A stretch of 64,000 nucleotides of DNA from an uncultured Woeseiaceae bacterium. Its GTDB lineage: Bacteria; Pseudomonadota; Gammaproteobacteria; Steroidobacterales; Woeseiaceae. Shown here piece by piece: positions 19,637 to 28,419 of this stretch. The notes below the pieces were generated by a model. It was given only the letters and a program-made list of their open reading frames with translations. It had not been told where the DNA came from and searched no databases. Position 1 is the stretch's first letter, and each line of letters begins with the position of its first letter. The stretch is taken from assembly GCA_964403695.1 (NCBI GenBank), contig CAYOHF010000001.1, positions 38,181-102,180 on the forward strand, in the 5' to 3' direction. A program made the translations under genes and the position numbers.

Positions 19637-20389
19637 TTATCCCTTCCTGAGGCGACGCTTTACGTCCGTGAGGTGTCGGCGGCTGATGAAAAGATCATCG
19701 TCGTTATTGTCATCTGGCCTGGGGTCGCGAAGCTGGACCTGGGTTCGGCCATCTTGCGATTTTTGAAGTGACCTGATTCGGCCGACAGCGACGAGCGCGG
19801 CGCGATGAATGCGCACGAAAGTGTCAGCGAATTCATCTTCCAAAGATTTCAGCGAGTCATCAATCAGGTCTCGTCCACTCTCGTGCGCCACGCAGACATA
19901 CTTCTGGTCAGCAAGAAAGTAATGAATCTCGTTTACCGGGATGAGTTTTAGTTCACCCTGAATTCGGGCGCACACATGCTGGCGTTGCTCAGCAATACCG
20001 GACTGCTTTGCGACCTCGCCGAGCACGTTATGACTCAGGCGTGCGGCCTGGGCAAGCGCCTTCTCGAGGCGCTCCTTACGCACGGGTTTCAAAACATAGC
20101 CGATTGCGTTCGCATCAAAAGCGTCAATGGCGTACTCGTCATACGCTGTTGTGAATACCACGGCCGGTGGACTATCAAAACTGTTCAGGTGATGCGCAGT
20201 TTCAACCCCGTCGAGACCTGGCATACGAATATCCAGCAAGACGACGTCAGGGTTGAGTTTTCCGGCCAGATCCAGGGCCTCACGACCATTGCCGGCCTCA
20301 CCAACGACGATATGTTCGCCGGCATCCTCAAGCAGTTGTCGCAGGCGGTCGCGAGCGGGTGCTTCATCGTCGACGATCAGAACATTCAT
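19637..20389 (-). CDS. algR: LytTR-family response regulator (AlgR-like)
   Basis: Receiver domain (MNVLIVDDE...DVVLLDIRMPGLDG) plus a C-terminal LytTR DNA-binding domain. It sits upstream of hemC, matching my recollection of the Pseudomonas algR position. Confidence 0.85.
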   Translation of the reverse strand: MNVLIVDDEAPARDRLRQLLEDAGEHIVVGEAGNGREALDLAGKLNPDVVLLDIRMPGLDGVETAHHLNSFDSPPAVVFTTAYDEYAIDAFDANAIGYVLKPVRKERLEKALAQAARLSHNVLGEVAKQSGIAEQRQHVCARIQGELKLIPVNEIHYFLADQKYVCVAHESGRDLIDDSLKSLEDEFADTFVRIHRAALVAVGRIRSLQKSQDGRTQVQLRDPRPDDNNDDDLFISRRHLTDVKRRLRKG

Positions 20390-21444
20390 GCGCCAACCTC
20401 ATCGCAGGGAAAAACAAGCAGCACCGAGTACTCGATATCCGTTTCCTGCACACTCACTTTTGCGCGATGCCCATAGGCGAGCTCAAATCGCTGCAGGATG
20501 TTGGAAACGGCCATTTTATTGCCGCTTTTCTTGCGTCTCTGGTCTGATGAAACCGGATTTGTCATGCTGATTTCCAGGTTGTCATTGACTCGTTTGCCGC
20601 TGACCCTTACCTCGCCACCATCAGGCAACAGTTCTATGCCGTGGTAAATAGCGTTTTCGAGCAACGGCTGGATGGTCAGGCTCGGTATCAGCGCACGCAT
20701 CGGCAGCTCACTTACGTCCCAACGCACCTTCAGTCGATCTCCGAGTCGCAGTTTTTCAATACGCTGATAAATCGCGGCAACCTCAAGCTCCTCCTTCAAG
20801 GTCGTACGTTCCTTTTGTGCACCAAGGTTGACGCGCATCAGGTCTGCCAAATCTTCGATGGCTTCTTCAGCCTGCTGTGGATTACTTCTTGTGAGTGAGG
20901 CGATGGTGTTCATCGTGTTGAACAAAAAGTGCGGGCGAATCATTGCCTGCAGCGCACTAATACGCGCCTGCGCCTCAAGCACTATAGAGCGTCGCCACTC
21001 ACTGGATATGTACAGGTAACGCATGGCCAATGCGATGACGATGGAGCTGATGGCGAAAGTCCGCAACAGAAAGCCGCCATGCGTGCCGTCGATGATGACG
21101 GCTTCGGCGAAAATTCCGGTGAGCTGATAGCTAACTTCGGCAAGTAGCAGGCACAATGCCAGCAACACAACGAAACAGATAACGAATGCCTGCGTGTGGC
21201 CCTGTTTTTCTGCCCAGGGGCGAATCAGGCACAAACTCGCGTCGCCGAGCAAAGCGAGCCACAGCACGTACATCGACATTTTCGAAAGCTCGGTAAGAAA
21301 CGTGCCGGGAACGTACGCCGCTATCGTCAGTACAATAGCCACCAGCTCAGCAACCAGCAAAATTACCAGGACCGTACCGGCGGCACAGAAATCGGGCAGG
21401 TAAGCCTGAGATTGTTTGATGTTGACTTCAGGTGCTGAGGCCAA
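20386..21444 (-). CDS. algZ: LytS/AlgZ(FimS)-type sensor histidine kinase
   Basis: N-terminal multi-TM region and a His_kinase (PF06580-type) motif RPHFLFNTMNTIASL. It has a C-terminal ATPase domain and a 4-nt overlap with algR. Confidence 0.8.
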   Translation of the reverse strand: MASAPEVNIKQSQAYLPDFCAAGTVLVILLVAELVAIVLTIAAYVPGTFLTELSKMSMYVLWLALLGDASLCLIRPWAEKQGHTQAFVICFVVLLALCLLLAEVSYQLTGIFAEAVIIDGTHGGFLLRTFAISSIVIALAMRYLYISSEWRRSIVLEAQARISALQAMIRPHFLFNTMNTIASLTRSNPQQAEEAIEDLADLMRVNLGAQKERTTLKEELEVAAIYQRIEKLRLGDRLKVRWDVSELPMRALIPSLTIQPLLENAIYHGIELLPDGGEVRVSGKRVNDNLEISMTNPVSSDQRRKKSGNKMAVSNILQRFELAYGHRAKVSVQETDIEYSVLLVFPCDEVGA

Positions 21445-21618
21445 TCGTGATCCTCCTCACGAATGAAGCCGGCATTGTAACGCGAAGAGGACCCGGGAAC
21501 TGTGGCCAATTCACGCATTTTGAAGCCCAAAAACCGTAGCAAGCCCACGTAGGAGCCCGCCGTACGATAGATGCGCAGTCTTAACTCCGGAGACTCTCTA
21601 TCTATCTGCACGGGCGAC

Positions 21619-21660
21619 AAACAAATAAGGGCATGTCGCAAGACATGCCCTTATTTGTTT
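21619..21660. terminator. strong bidirectional hairpin (19-bp perfect stem, GCAA loop), likely the terminator of the DUF4124 gene at 21725-22186
   Basis: aaacaaataagggcatgtc-gcaa-gacatgcccttatttgttt. The stem ends are U-rich in both orientations. It lies 65 nt past the minus-strand stop at 21725. Confidence 0.65.
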
Positions 21661-21724
21661 GCAAAGCTCAACCAACCAAACCCGCTAAAAAAACTCGCCC
21701 TCCGGCGTCAGGCCGTACTACCCC

Positions 21725-22186
21725 CTAATTACAATATTCCTCCACCCGACTCACCGCACGTTCACGTGTCGCAGCCATCTCGGCCTCATCCATGTAAACC
21801 CGCTCGCCATTTTCGTCTTCGCGATATATACGGCGGTTGGTAAGAAATTTTTGTAGCTGGGCTTTATGGGCAGTGCACTGTTTAGCCCGTTCGTCTGCCT
21901 CCGCACGCAACTCATCTCGTGATGGACCAGCAGGTAAGTTAGCGGCCTCTTGCCGCTCCTGGTCCCTGGCATCTAAACGAGCCTGCGTCGTAGCCTGGAC
22001 TTGCGTGTTGTTGGTTGCCTTTGACCTGATAGCAAGGTGTTCAGATTGCGGGTCAACCGGGACATCGCTGTAATGCACGTTGCCCTCCGCATCGGTCCAC
22101 TTATAGATTTCACTTGCGAGGGCGCTGCCGCCGACGAGAAGCGTCAGCAAAGTGGTAGTAACAATCGCAATTGCTCGATTACGCAT
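21725..22186 (-). CDS. DUF4124 domain-containing secreted protein
   Basis: Signal peptide (AIAIVTTTLLTLLVGGSALA), then IYKWTDAEGNVHYSDVP. It is a paralogue in type of the 773-1399 gene. Confidence 0.7.
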   Translation of the reverse strand: MRNRAIAIVTTTLLTLLVGGSALASEIYKWTDAEGNVHYSDVPVDPQSEHLAIRSKATNNTQVQATTQARLDARDQERQEAANLPAGPSRDELRAEADERAKQCTAHKAQLQKFLTNRRIYREDENGERVYMDEAEMAATRERAVSRVEEYCN

Positions 22187-22292
22187 GATGACATTCCTTT
22201 GAAACCAGCTCCGGGTCTGTGCCGCCCGGTTACCTTAATATATATAAGGCAGTGCACGATAACCTATTAGATCACGCTGATTCCAGCATTGT

Positions 22293-22308
22293 TGTGATCA
22301 TGATCACA
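22293..22308. promoter_or_regulatory. perfect CRP/Vfr-type palindrome TGTGA-N6-TCACA
   Basis: tgtgatcatgatcaca at 22293-22308 is a perfect 16-bp palindrome whose half-sites match the CRP consensus. It sits in the 331-bp divergent intergenic region between the DUF4124 gene and the ubiK-like gene. Confidence 0.55.
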
Positions 22309-22517
22309 GCCCATTTTGTGCACTATTTGGCAATAAATGGCGGACTCACTCGCTACAGTCACAGTGATTGCGCCAATGCGCATTTGTCATAAAGCTGTCC
22401 GCGCCTGCAGCCTTTGCTGCCATTGGATTTCGCTGTCGGGCCATGAATATGTGAAACAGGCCAGTGCACACTGATTCACCACTGTTCTTTTCTTGTTGAT
22501 TACGGTATCAAGCTAAT

Positions 22518-22886
22518 ATGAGTAACGATTCGATAGATAACCTGGCACGGCTGCTTGCTGAAACTCTCCCGCAGGGATTGCGTTCGGCACGGGACGACCT
22601 GGAAAAAAACTTTCGTTCAGTGCTGCAATCAGGCCTGACGAAATTGGACCTGGTGACCCGCGAGGAATTTTCGGTTCAGGAAGCGGTCCTGGCTCGCACG
22701 CGCGAGAAGCTGGATGCACTGGAGCAGCGCCTGGCTGAACTTGGATCCAAAAAACCGGCAAAGAAAAAGGCTGCTAAAGAGGCGGCCCAAAAGGCTGCTA
22801 AAGAGGCGGCCCAAAAGGCTGCTAAAAAGTCTGCAAAAAAGACAGCGTCAAAAAAGAAGGTGAGCAAAAAGAAAACTGCTAAATAG
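22518..22886 (+). CDS. ubiK: UbiK/YqiC (BMFP) family accessory factor with a Lys/Ala-rich C-terminal tail
   Basis: The N-terminal about 75 aa (L......LP.G......D.EKNFR..LQS.L.KLDLVTREEF.VQ..VL.RTREKL..LE.R) fit the UbiK family. The tail is AKKKAAKEAAQKAAKEAAQKAAKKSAKK... Confidence 0.7.
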   Translation: MSNDSIDNLARLLAETLPQGLRSARDDLEKNFRSVLQSGLTKLDLVTREEFSVQEAVLARTREKLDALEQRLAELGSKKPAKKKAAKEAAQKAAKEAAQKAAKKSAKKTASKKKVSKKKTAK

Positions 22887-22951
22887 CTTTAGCAGAGATT
22901 TCATTGCCATGGAGCGGCGATGCTATTCGAACCAAATAAGATCGTGTTGCT

Positions 22952-24460
22952 GTGAGCCTGGCTATTTTGCACAGCAGGGCCCAGCTTGGCGTCGAAGCGC
23001 CTCCTGTAACCATAGAAGTTTTCCTGTCCGGTGGTTTACCGACTTTTCACGTTGTCGGCCTGGCGGAGAGTGCGCTGCGTGAGAGCAAAGATCGGGTGCG
23101 CAGCGCGATCCTGAGCTCGAAATTCGATTTTCCGCAGGAACGTATAACAGTCAATCTGGGTCCTGCAGACATGCGCAAGACCGGGGGGCGGTTCGATTTG
23201 TCTATCGCGCTTGGTATTCTCGCGGCCATGGGCGTCATACCGAAAGAGCTGTTCGCCACCCACGAGTTTTTCGGTGAGCTTTCCCTGAGCGGTGACCTGC
23301 GGCCGGTTCCCGGAATGTTGCCCGCAGCGATAAAGGCCGCGCAGGCCGGCCGAGCGATCTTCGTGCCGCAAGAGAATGGAGCGGAGGCAAGTCTTGCGAG
23401 CGGGGAGGTGTTTGTGGCCAATAGCCTGCTTGATGTTACGGCACAGATACGCGGCGTTCGCACTGCCTTTGTTGCCGATCCGCTCCGGCCTGAGTCCCGC
23501 GAATCAACCGGCCCGGATCTGGCGGACGTAAAAGGGCAGCAACTTGCCAAGCGCGCACTGGAGATTGCCGCATCGGGTGGCCACAACATCCTGTTCACAG
23601 GTCCGCCGGGAACCGGCAAGAGCATGCTGGCGCAACGATTACCCGGAATTCTGCCACCTTTAGCAGATGACGAGGCGATCGCGACGGCAGCCATAGATTC
23701 GATTCTTGGGCGGCCTGTCGACCTGACATGCTGGCGACGTCGTCCGTTTCGCGCGCCGCACCATACGGCTTCGGCGGCAGCACTGGTTGGTGGTGGTTCT
23801 GACCCGCGCCCGGGTGAAATATCGCGGGCCCACAATGGCGTCCTGTTTCTGGATGAATTGCCGGAGTTTAGTCGTCATGTGCTCGAGGTACTACGCGAGC
23901 CGATGGAAAGCGGCGAGATTACGATTTCCCGTGCCGGCCGGCAGGCCGACTTCCCGGCACGCTTTCAACTCGTCGCGGCGATGAACCCGTGCCCCTGCGG
24001 CTATCTTGGCGATATTCGCGGCGACTGCCGCTGCAGTGCCGAAAGCGTACGTCGTTATCGCGGAAAAATATCCGGGCCACTCCTGGATCGCATTGATATT
24101 CAAATGCAGGTGAACAGGCCGCCCCTGGACGTACTGCGCGGTGACGCACCCGCGGGTGAATCCAGCGCCATTGTTGCCGAACGAGTGCAAAGTGCGCGGC
24201 AAATTCAGCTGGATCGGTCCGCTGTTTGCAATGCCGAGCTAAGCGGGGGTGCGCTGAAAAAGGCTTTTACGGCTGATCAGCAATGCTGGTCGTTACTGGA
24301 TAAAGCGACAGAGAGTTTTGCACTGTCGGCACGTGCTTATCAGCGTGTGCAACGTGTCGCGCGAACAGTGGCCGATCTGGCCAGTGAGGAAACAGTAACG
24401 GCCAGGCATATGGGTGAGGCGCTGGGTTTAAGACACCTGGATCGGCGAATGGGGTCTTAG
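22952..24460 (+). CDS. yifB: YifB/ComM family Mg-chelatase-like AAA+ ATPase
   Basis: Lon-like N-domain (VEV.LS.GLP.F.VVGL....V.ESK.RVR.A), Walker A GPPGTGKSMLA, LFLDELPEF, and the Cys-rich CPCGYLGD....C.C insertion. Confidence 0.93.
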   Translation: MSLAILHSRAQLGVEAPPVTIEVFLSGGLPTFHVVGLAESALRESKDRVRSAILSSKFDFPQERITVNLGPADMRKTGGRFDLSIALGILAAMGVIPKELFATHEFFGELSLSGDLRPVPGMLPAAIKAAQAGRAIFVPQENGAEASLASGEVFVANSLLDVTAQIRGVRTAFVADPLRPESRESTGPDLADVKGQQLAKRALEIAASGGHNILFTGPPGTGKSMLAQRLPGILPPLADDEAIATAAIDSILGRPVDLTCWRRRPFRAPHHTASAAALVGGGSDPRPGEISRAHNGVLFLDELPEFSRHVLEVLREPMESGEITISRAGRQADFPARFQLVAAMNPCPCGYLGDIRGDCRCSAESVRRYRGKISGPLLDRIDIQMQVNRPPLDVLRGDAPAGESSAIVAERVQSARQIQLDRSAVCNAELSGGALKKAFTADQQCWSLLDKATESFALSARAYQRVQRVARTVADLASEETVTARHMGEALGLRHLDRRMGS

Positions 24461-24527
24461 GATGTTCGCTTTTGTGATTTCAGATCACGCAGCGGGACAA
24501 TGCGCACAGTCTCAGGAATGGGAAAGG

Positions 24528-24601
24528 CTGTGGGAGCGGCTTTAGCCGCGAATGGCTTGGCCGCAATCCTGGGCTATTCGCGGCTAAAGCCGCTCCCACA
24601 G
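24528..24601. repeat. REP-like palindromic element, family B (perfect 26-bp inverted repeat, 22-nt spacer)
   Basis: ctgtgggagcggctttagccgcgaat (24528-24553) is the exact reverse complement of attcgcggctaaagccgctcccacag (24576-24601). Confidence 0.85.
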
Positions 24602-24651
24602 GTAATCTCAATCAATTTCACTGCACCTGCAGGATGTCGCAATGTGAATGC

Positions 24652-25167
24652 CTAGTTCTGCACCTCGGAAACCATGTAATCCACGGCATCACGAACCTCT
24701 TCATCCGACAAATCCATGCGGCCACCTTTCTGCGGCATGAAGCCGGACGAGCCGGTAAAGCCTTCGATCGCGTGCAGGTACAGCGTGTCATTTCCCTGGG
24801 CGATGCGTGCCTGCCATGCCGCAGCATCACCAACCGTTGGCGCGCCGCCAATACCGCTGCCATGACAGGCTATGCAGGCTGCGTTATAGACCTGTGGCCC
24901 AGACATCGCGGTCGCAACCGGCTCTGAATGGGTCGCTTCAGCCACCTGTGGTGCAGCAGCGTTGGCTTCCTCACCCGGCAGGTAGACCTGGCCGACGGGA
25001 CGAAGCCGCTCCGCGACTGATGCCTGGTACTCCTCGGAATCGGTGGTGTACAGACCCTGCGTCAGGTCTGACATTTTCATAGCAAGTACGAGGACGGCCA
25101 CACTAAAAATGGCAAGGATGCCAATCACAATGGAATACATGTCAAAAAACTTCTGGTCGCGCTTCAA
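24652..25167 (-). CDS. membrane-anchored cytochrome c5-type monohaem cytochrome
   Basis: N-terminal TM helix, a linker, then CIACHGSGIGGAP...G...MP (c5-type haem site and distal Met region). Confidence 0.8.
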   Translation of the reverse strand: MKRDQKFFDMYSIVIGILAIFSVAVLVLAMKMSDLTQGLYTTDSEEYQASVAERLRPVGQVYLPGEEANAAAPQVAEATHSEPVATAMSGPQVYNAACIACHGSGIGGAPTVGDAAAWQARIAQGNDTLYLHAIEGFTGSSGFMPQKGGRMDLSDEEVRDAVDYMVSEVQN

Positions 25168-25250
25168 GGTGTTGCTCCGAAAAAATAAATATCAAACGGC
25201 CGGGGCCGCTCGCTGCGCATTATATATCAAGAGAATCTGTCTGCTGCACA

Positions 25251-25835
25251 CTATTCTAGATGTAGCATGAGCCATTCGTCATCGGCGCTGAAAGTCAGGC
25301 TGCGAACTTCGTCCCGGGTCGCCACATTGACGTGGTTGATTTGCCCGGGAAAAACGTCGCTCAGGATGGTGTCGCGGACCGCGATATTGGCAGGCAGGTC
25401 GCCCGCGTATTGTTGGTAGACGAGCACAAAATCGCCATCCAGTTCCGCACCAATCAGCTCCAGCGGCAGCCGCTGGCCGATTTCGCCATCAACCACCGGC
25501 GCAACACTGAATTGCTCTTCTACATAGAGGGCCAGGCGGGCGCGGCCAGCCAGTTGATCCAGCGTCAGTTGCCTCTCGCCGGTCAAAACCACCATGCCGA
25601 GCTCCGCATCATGAATATGCAGGCGGTGAATGATTTCGATGATGCCGGTTTCGGCGTTGGTCTTGATCGTCGATAAACTACCAGGCATACGGTGCGCAAA
25701 AGCGAACGCCGTGACGAAGATCGTCACGGCGCAGGCAGAAGTGCAAAGTCTGCGAAAAATTGGCGGCTTAATTATTGCCACTGGCAGGCTCAAGCGGCAC
25801 ATTTGCAGAGTCGCTGTCGCCGCCCTTGGCTTCAC
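25251..25835 (-). CDS. hypothetical secreted protein (possibly DUF6702-like)
   Basis: ORF immediately downstream of the M1 peptidase gene. A signal-like segment is followed by IEIIHRLHIHDAE. The start is uncertain: both candidate ATGs (25835, 25802) overlap the peptidase 3' end. Confidence 0.5.
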   Translation of the reverse strand: MKPRAATATLQMCRLSLPVAIIKPPIFRRLCTSACAVTIFVTAFAFAHRMPGSLSTIKTNAETGIIEIIHRLHIHDAELGMVVLTGERQLTLDQLAGRARLALYVEEQFSVAPVVDGEIGQRLPLELIGAELDGDFVLVYQQYAGDLPANIAVRDTILSDVFPGQINHVNVATRDEVRSLTFSADDEWLMLHLE

Positions 25836-28251
25836 GCAAGGTTCGCAGCATGTCAGACATCAGGTCGCGGGTTTCGTCCTCGTCCTTGTAGAGCTCAATG
25901 CGTGATTTATTGATCTGGCCCGGGTAGTGGTTATTCGAAAAATCAGCGTCCGCTGTTTCACGGCGTGGATCAACTTCGACAGATACAATCGGCTCATCGC
26001 GAATCAACATCTTGGTCACAGCCTGGCTGTTACGCCGCCAGATCTCTGCTGGAATCATCATGAACTCCACGCTGCCATCGGCATTCGTGATGTTCAGCGG
26101 CAACGGAGAAACCAGGCCGCCGATATTGCTGAAGTCCATAAAGTAGACGTAGTCATCATCTTCAGCCGCACGCAGCAGCGCTGCTAGTTCCCAGTCTTCA
26201 AGCCCATCAACGAGATCTGTGTACTGGTTTCGGTCAGCGTTGCTTACCGTGAACTCGTCGTTTTCATTGTAGAAGTCACCGAGTTCAGGAAAGCGCTCCA
26301 GCCGGGTTGTCCTACCTTCTTCGCGGTTGCGAATCTGGCCAAGTGTTTCAGGAACTTCGTCTGTATGTTCCTGACGATTCAACTCAAACTCAACCTCCGG
26401 GTTCGCAGTCGATACCTTGTATTCACGCATGTCGGTAATGGCGACATCGACGTGATCGGTAGAGTAGTACCAGCCACGCCAGAACCAGTCGAGGTCTACG
26501 CCGGAGGCGTCCTCGAGCGTACGGAACAAATCAGAGGGCGTTGGTCGTTTAAACTTCCAGCGCTGTGCGTATTCGCGAAAGGCGAAGTCGAACAGCTCGC
26601 GACCGAGGATCGTCTCACGCAGCACGACGAGTGATGCGGCCGGCTTGGTGTAGCCGTTGGGTCCGAACTGCAGTATCGAGTCTGACTGCGTCATGATCGG
26701 TACCTGGTTCTCGCTCACCATGTACTCGGCGACGTATTCGAGAATACTGTAATTATCGCGGTGGTTATGAAAATCTTCTTCCCACTCGAGCTCGGCCAGG
26801 TACTGCAGGAAAGAGTTAATGCCCTCGTCCATCCAGGTCCACTGGCGTTCATCGGAATTGACCGTCATCGGAAAGTAGATGTGGCCGATTTCATGAATGA
26901 TGACGCCGACCAGGCCATGTTTCGCTCGTCGCGAATAGGTGTTGGCCGGTTTTTCGCCAGCAGCGGCATCATCTTCATCAGGTTCAAAAGGCTCGGGACG
27001 GCGGCCGTTGAATGTGATCATCGGGTATTCCATGCCACCGCTTTCCCAGGCGTTCACTGATTGCGCGGTGGGATAGGGATAGGGGAACGAGAATCGCGAA
27101 TACACGTCCAGCGTGTGCACAACGGAGTGTGTTGAGTACTGTGACCAGAGCGGTTCGGCTTCGTTTGGGTAGAAGGACATCGCCAGCACTTCAGGCTGCT
27201 CTGCATCGTCCTGTTTGTGAATCATGCCGTCCCAGATGAATTTACGTGAGCTTGCCCAGGCAAAATCACGCACGTTGTCCGCTTTGAAAACCCAGGTCTT
27301 CGACTCTGTTGTGCCCTCTGCTTCATTCGCCAGGGCTTCTTCAGGCGTGACGATAAATACCGGTTTGTCGGCGTCGCGCGCCTGACTCAGGCGATTGCGT
27401 TGTTCACTGGTAAGCACGCTGGACGCATTTTGCAATTCGCCGGTGGCTGACACGATGTGATCCGCTGGTACGGTGATTTCAACTTCATAGTTACCAAATT
27501 CGAGCGTGAATTCGCCGCGACCGAGGAATTGCTTGTGTTGCCAGCCTGCATAATCAGTGTAGGCGGCCAGGCGCGGAAACCATTGCGCGAGGAAATAAAT
27601 ATAGGTGTCGTTTTCCGGAAAGTGGTCATAGCCACCACGACCGCCGATGATCGATTCCTCAATAATATTGAAAGACCAGTCGATGGAAAATGTCGTGCGG
27701 TCGCCACTGGCGAGCGCCTGCGGCAGGTCGATTCGCATCATGGTGTTGACGATCGTGTAAGCAAGGTCGCGGTCACGGCCATCGACCACACGTTCAATTT
27801 TGAAGCCATGCTCGACGTCGGCGAAACGCTGCTCTTTGGCAAGCGTGCCGTAACTCAACTGATCCTGGCCTTCTTCCTCTTCGGCTGTCTGCGTCAGTCG
27901 CTCAATCGAACCCTTCGCGAAACGGTTCTGGTCGAGCTGTACCCAAATATAGCGCAACGTGTCCGGCGAGTTGTTCGTGTAACGAATACTCTGTGATGCG
28001 CTGATACTGCGATTCTGTTCATCCAGCGTCACCTTGATGCTGTGATCGGCCCGTTGTTGCCAGTACTGCGTGCCGGGCGCTCCTGATGCTGTTCGATAGA
28101 CATTAGGTGTTGGCAGGTCAACGTCAAGCTGGCGGAAGGCGTCGTAGTGCTCGTTCTTGGTCTGGCGTATGGCATCGGCGAAAGCGACATCAACAATCAG
28201 GAGTACCGCTGTGAGCAGCAAAATCTGTGAACGCATAGTGGGCTCTCTCAA
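25768..28251 (-). CDS. M1-family zinc metallopeptidase (secreted)
   Basis: HEIGH followed exactly 18 residues later by E (HEIGHIYFPMTVNSDERQWTWMDEG), which is the gluzincin HEXXH-X18-E signature. It has an N-terminal signal peptide and is 827 aa. Confidence 0.85.
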   Translation of the reverse strand: MREPTMRSQILLLTAVLLIVDVAFADAIRQTKNEHYDAFRQLDVDLPTPNVYRTASGAPGTQYWQQRADHSIKVTLDEQNRSISASQSIRYTNNSPDTLRYIWVQLDQNRFAKGSIERLTQTAEEEEGQDQLSYGTLAKEQRFADVEHGFKIERVVDGRDRDLAYTIVNTMMRIDLPQALASGDRTTFSIDWSFNIIEESIIGGRGGYDHFPENDTYIYFLAQWFPRLAAYTDYAGWQHKQFLGRGEFTLEFGNYEVEITVPADHIVSATGELQNASSVLTSEQRNRLSQARDADKPVFIVTPEEALANEAEGTTESKTWVFKADNVRDFAWASSRKFIWDGMIHKQDDAEQPEVLAMSFYPNEAEPLWSQYSTHSVVHTLDVYSRFSFPYPYPTAQSVNAWESGGMEYPMITFNGRRPEPFEPDEDDAAAGEKPANTYSRRAKHGLVGVIIHEIGHIYFPMTVNSDERQWTWMDEGINSFLQYLAELEWEEDFHNHRDNYSILEYVAEYMVSENQVPIMTQSDSILQFGPNGYTKPAASLVVLRETILGRELFDFAFREYAQRWKFKRPTPSDLFRTLEDASGVDLDWFWRGWYYSTDHVDVAITDMREYKVSTANPEVEFELNRQEHTDEVPETLGQIRNREEGRTTRLERFPELGDFYNENDEFTVSNADRNQYTDLVDGLEDWELAALLRAAEDDDYVYFMDFSNIGGLVSPLPLNITNADGSVEFMMIPAEIWRRNSQAVTKMLIRDEPIVSVEVDPRRETADADFSNNHYPGQINKSRIELYKDEDETRDLMSDMLRTLREAKGGDSDSANVPLEPASGNN

Positions 28252-28419
28252 ATTGGACTTTGGTGGACGGGCCGTAATGTATCACTTCGTCATGCAGGGC
28301 AGGCAAAGCGTTACGGCTGATGCAATGGTTGATCGACTAGGACTGAAATCTGCGGCAAACAGCAATTGCATTGACCAACCCCGGGTGAGAAAGTTGCCGG
28401 TCGCTCACAGGGGAACCCG

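Noticed and set aside
22767-22829. Direct 24-bp repeats considered as a CRISPR-like or VNTR array
   Set aside because: There are only 2.6 contiguous copies with no spacers, in frame inside the ubiK-like CDS. It is a coding tandem repeat, not a CRISPR array.
23047-23835. 262-aa minus-strand ORF
   Set aside because: It lies entirely antisense to the strongly supported yifB/comM gene. The Arg/Ser/Ala/Pro-rich, low-complexity translation is typical of an antisense frame in GC-rich coding DNA.
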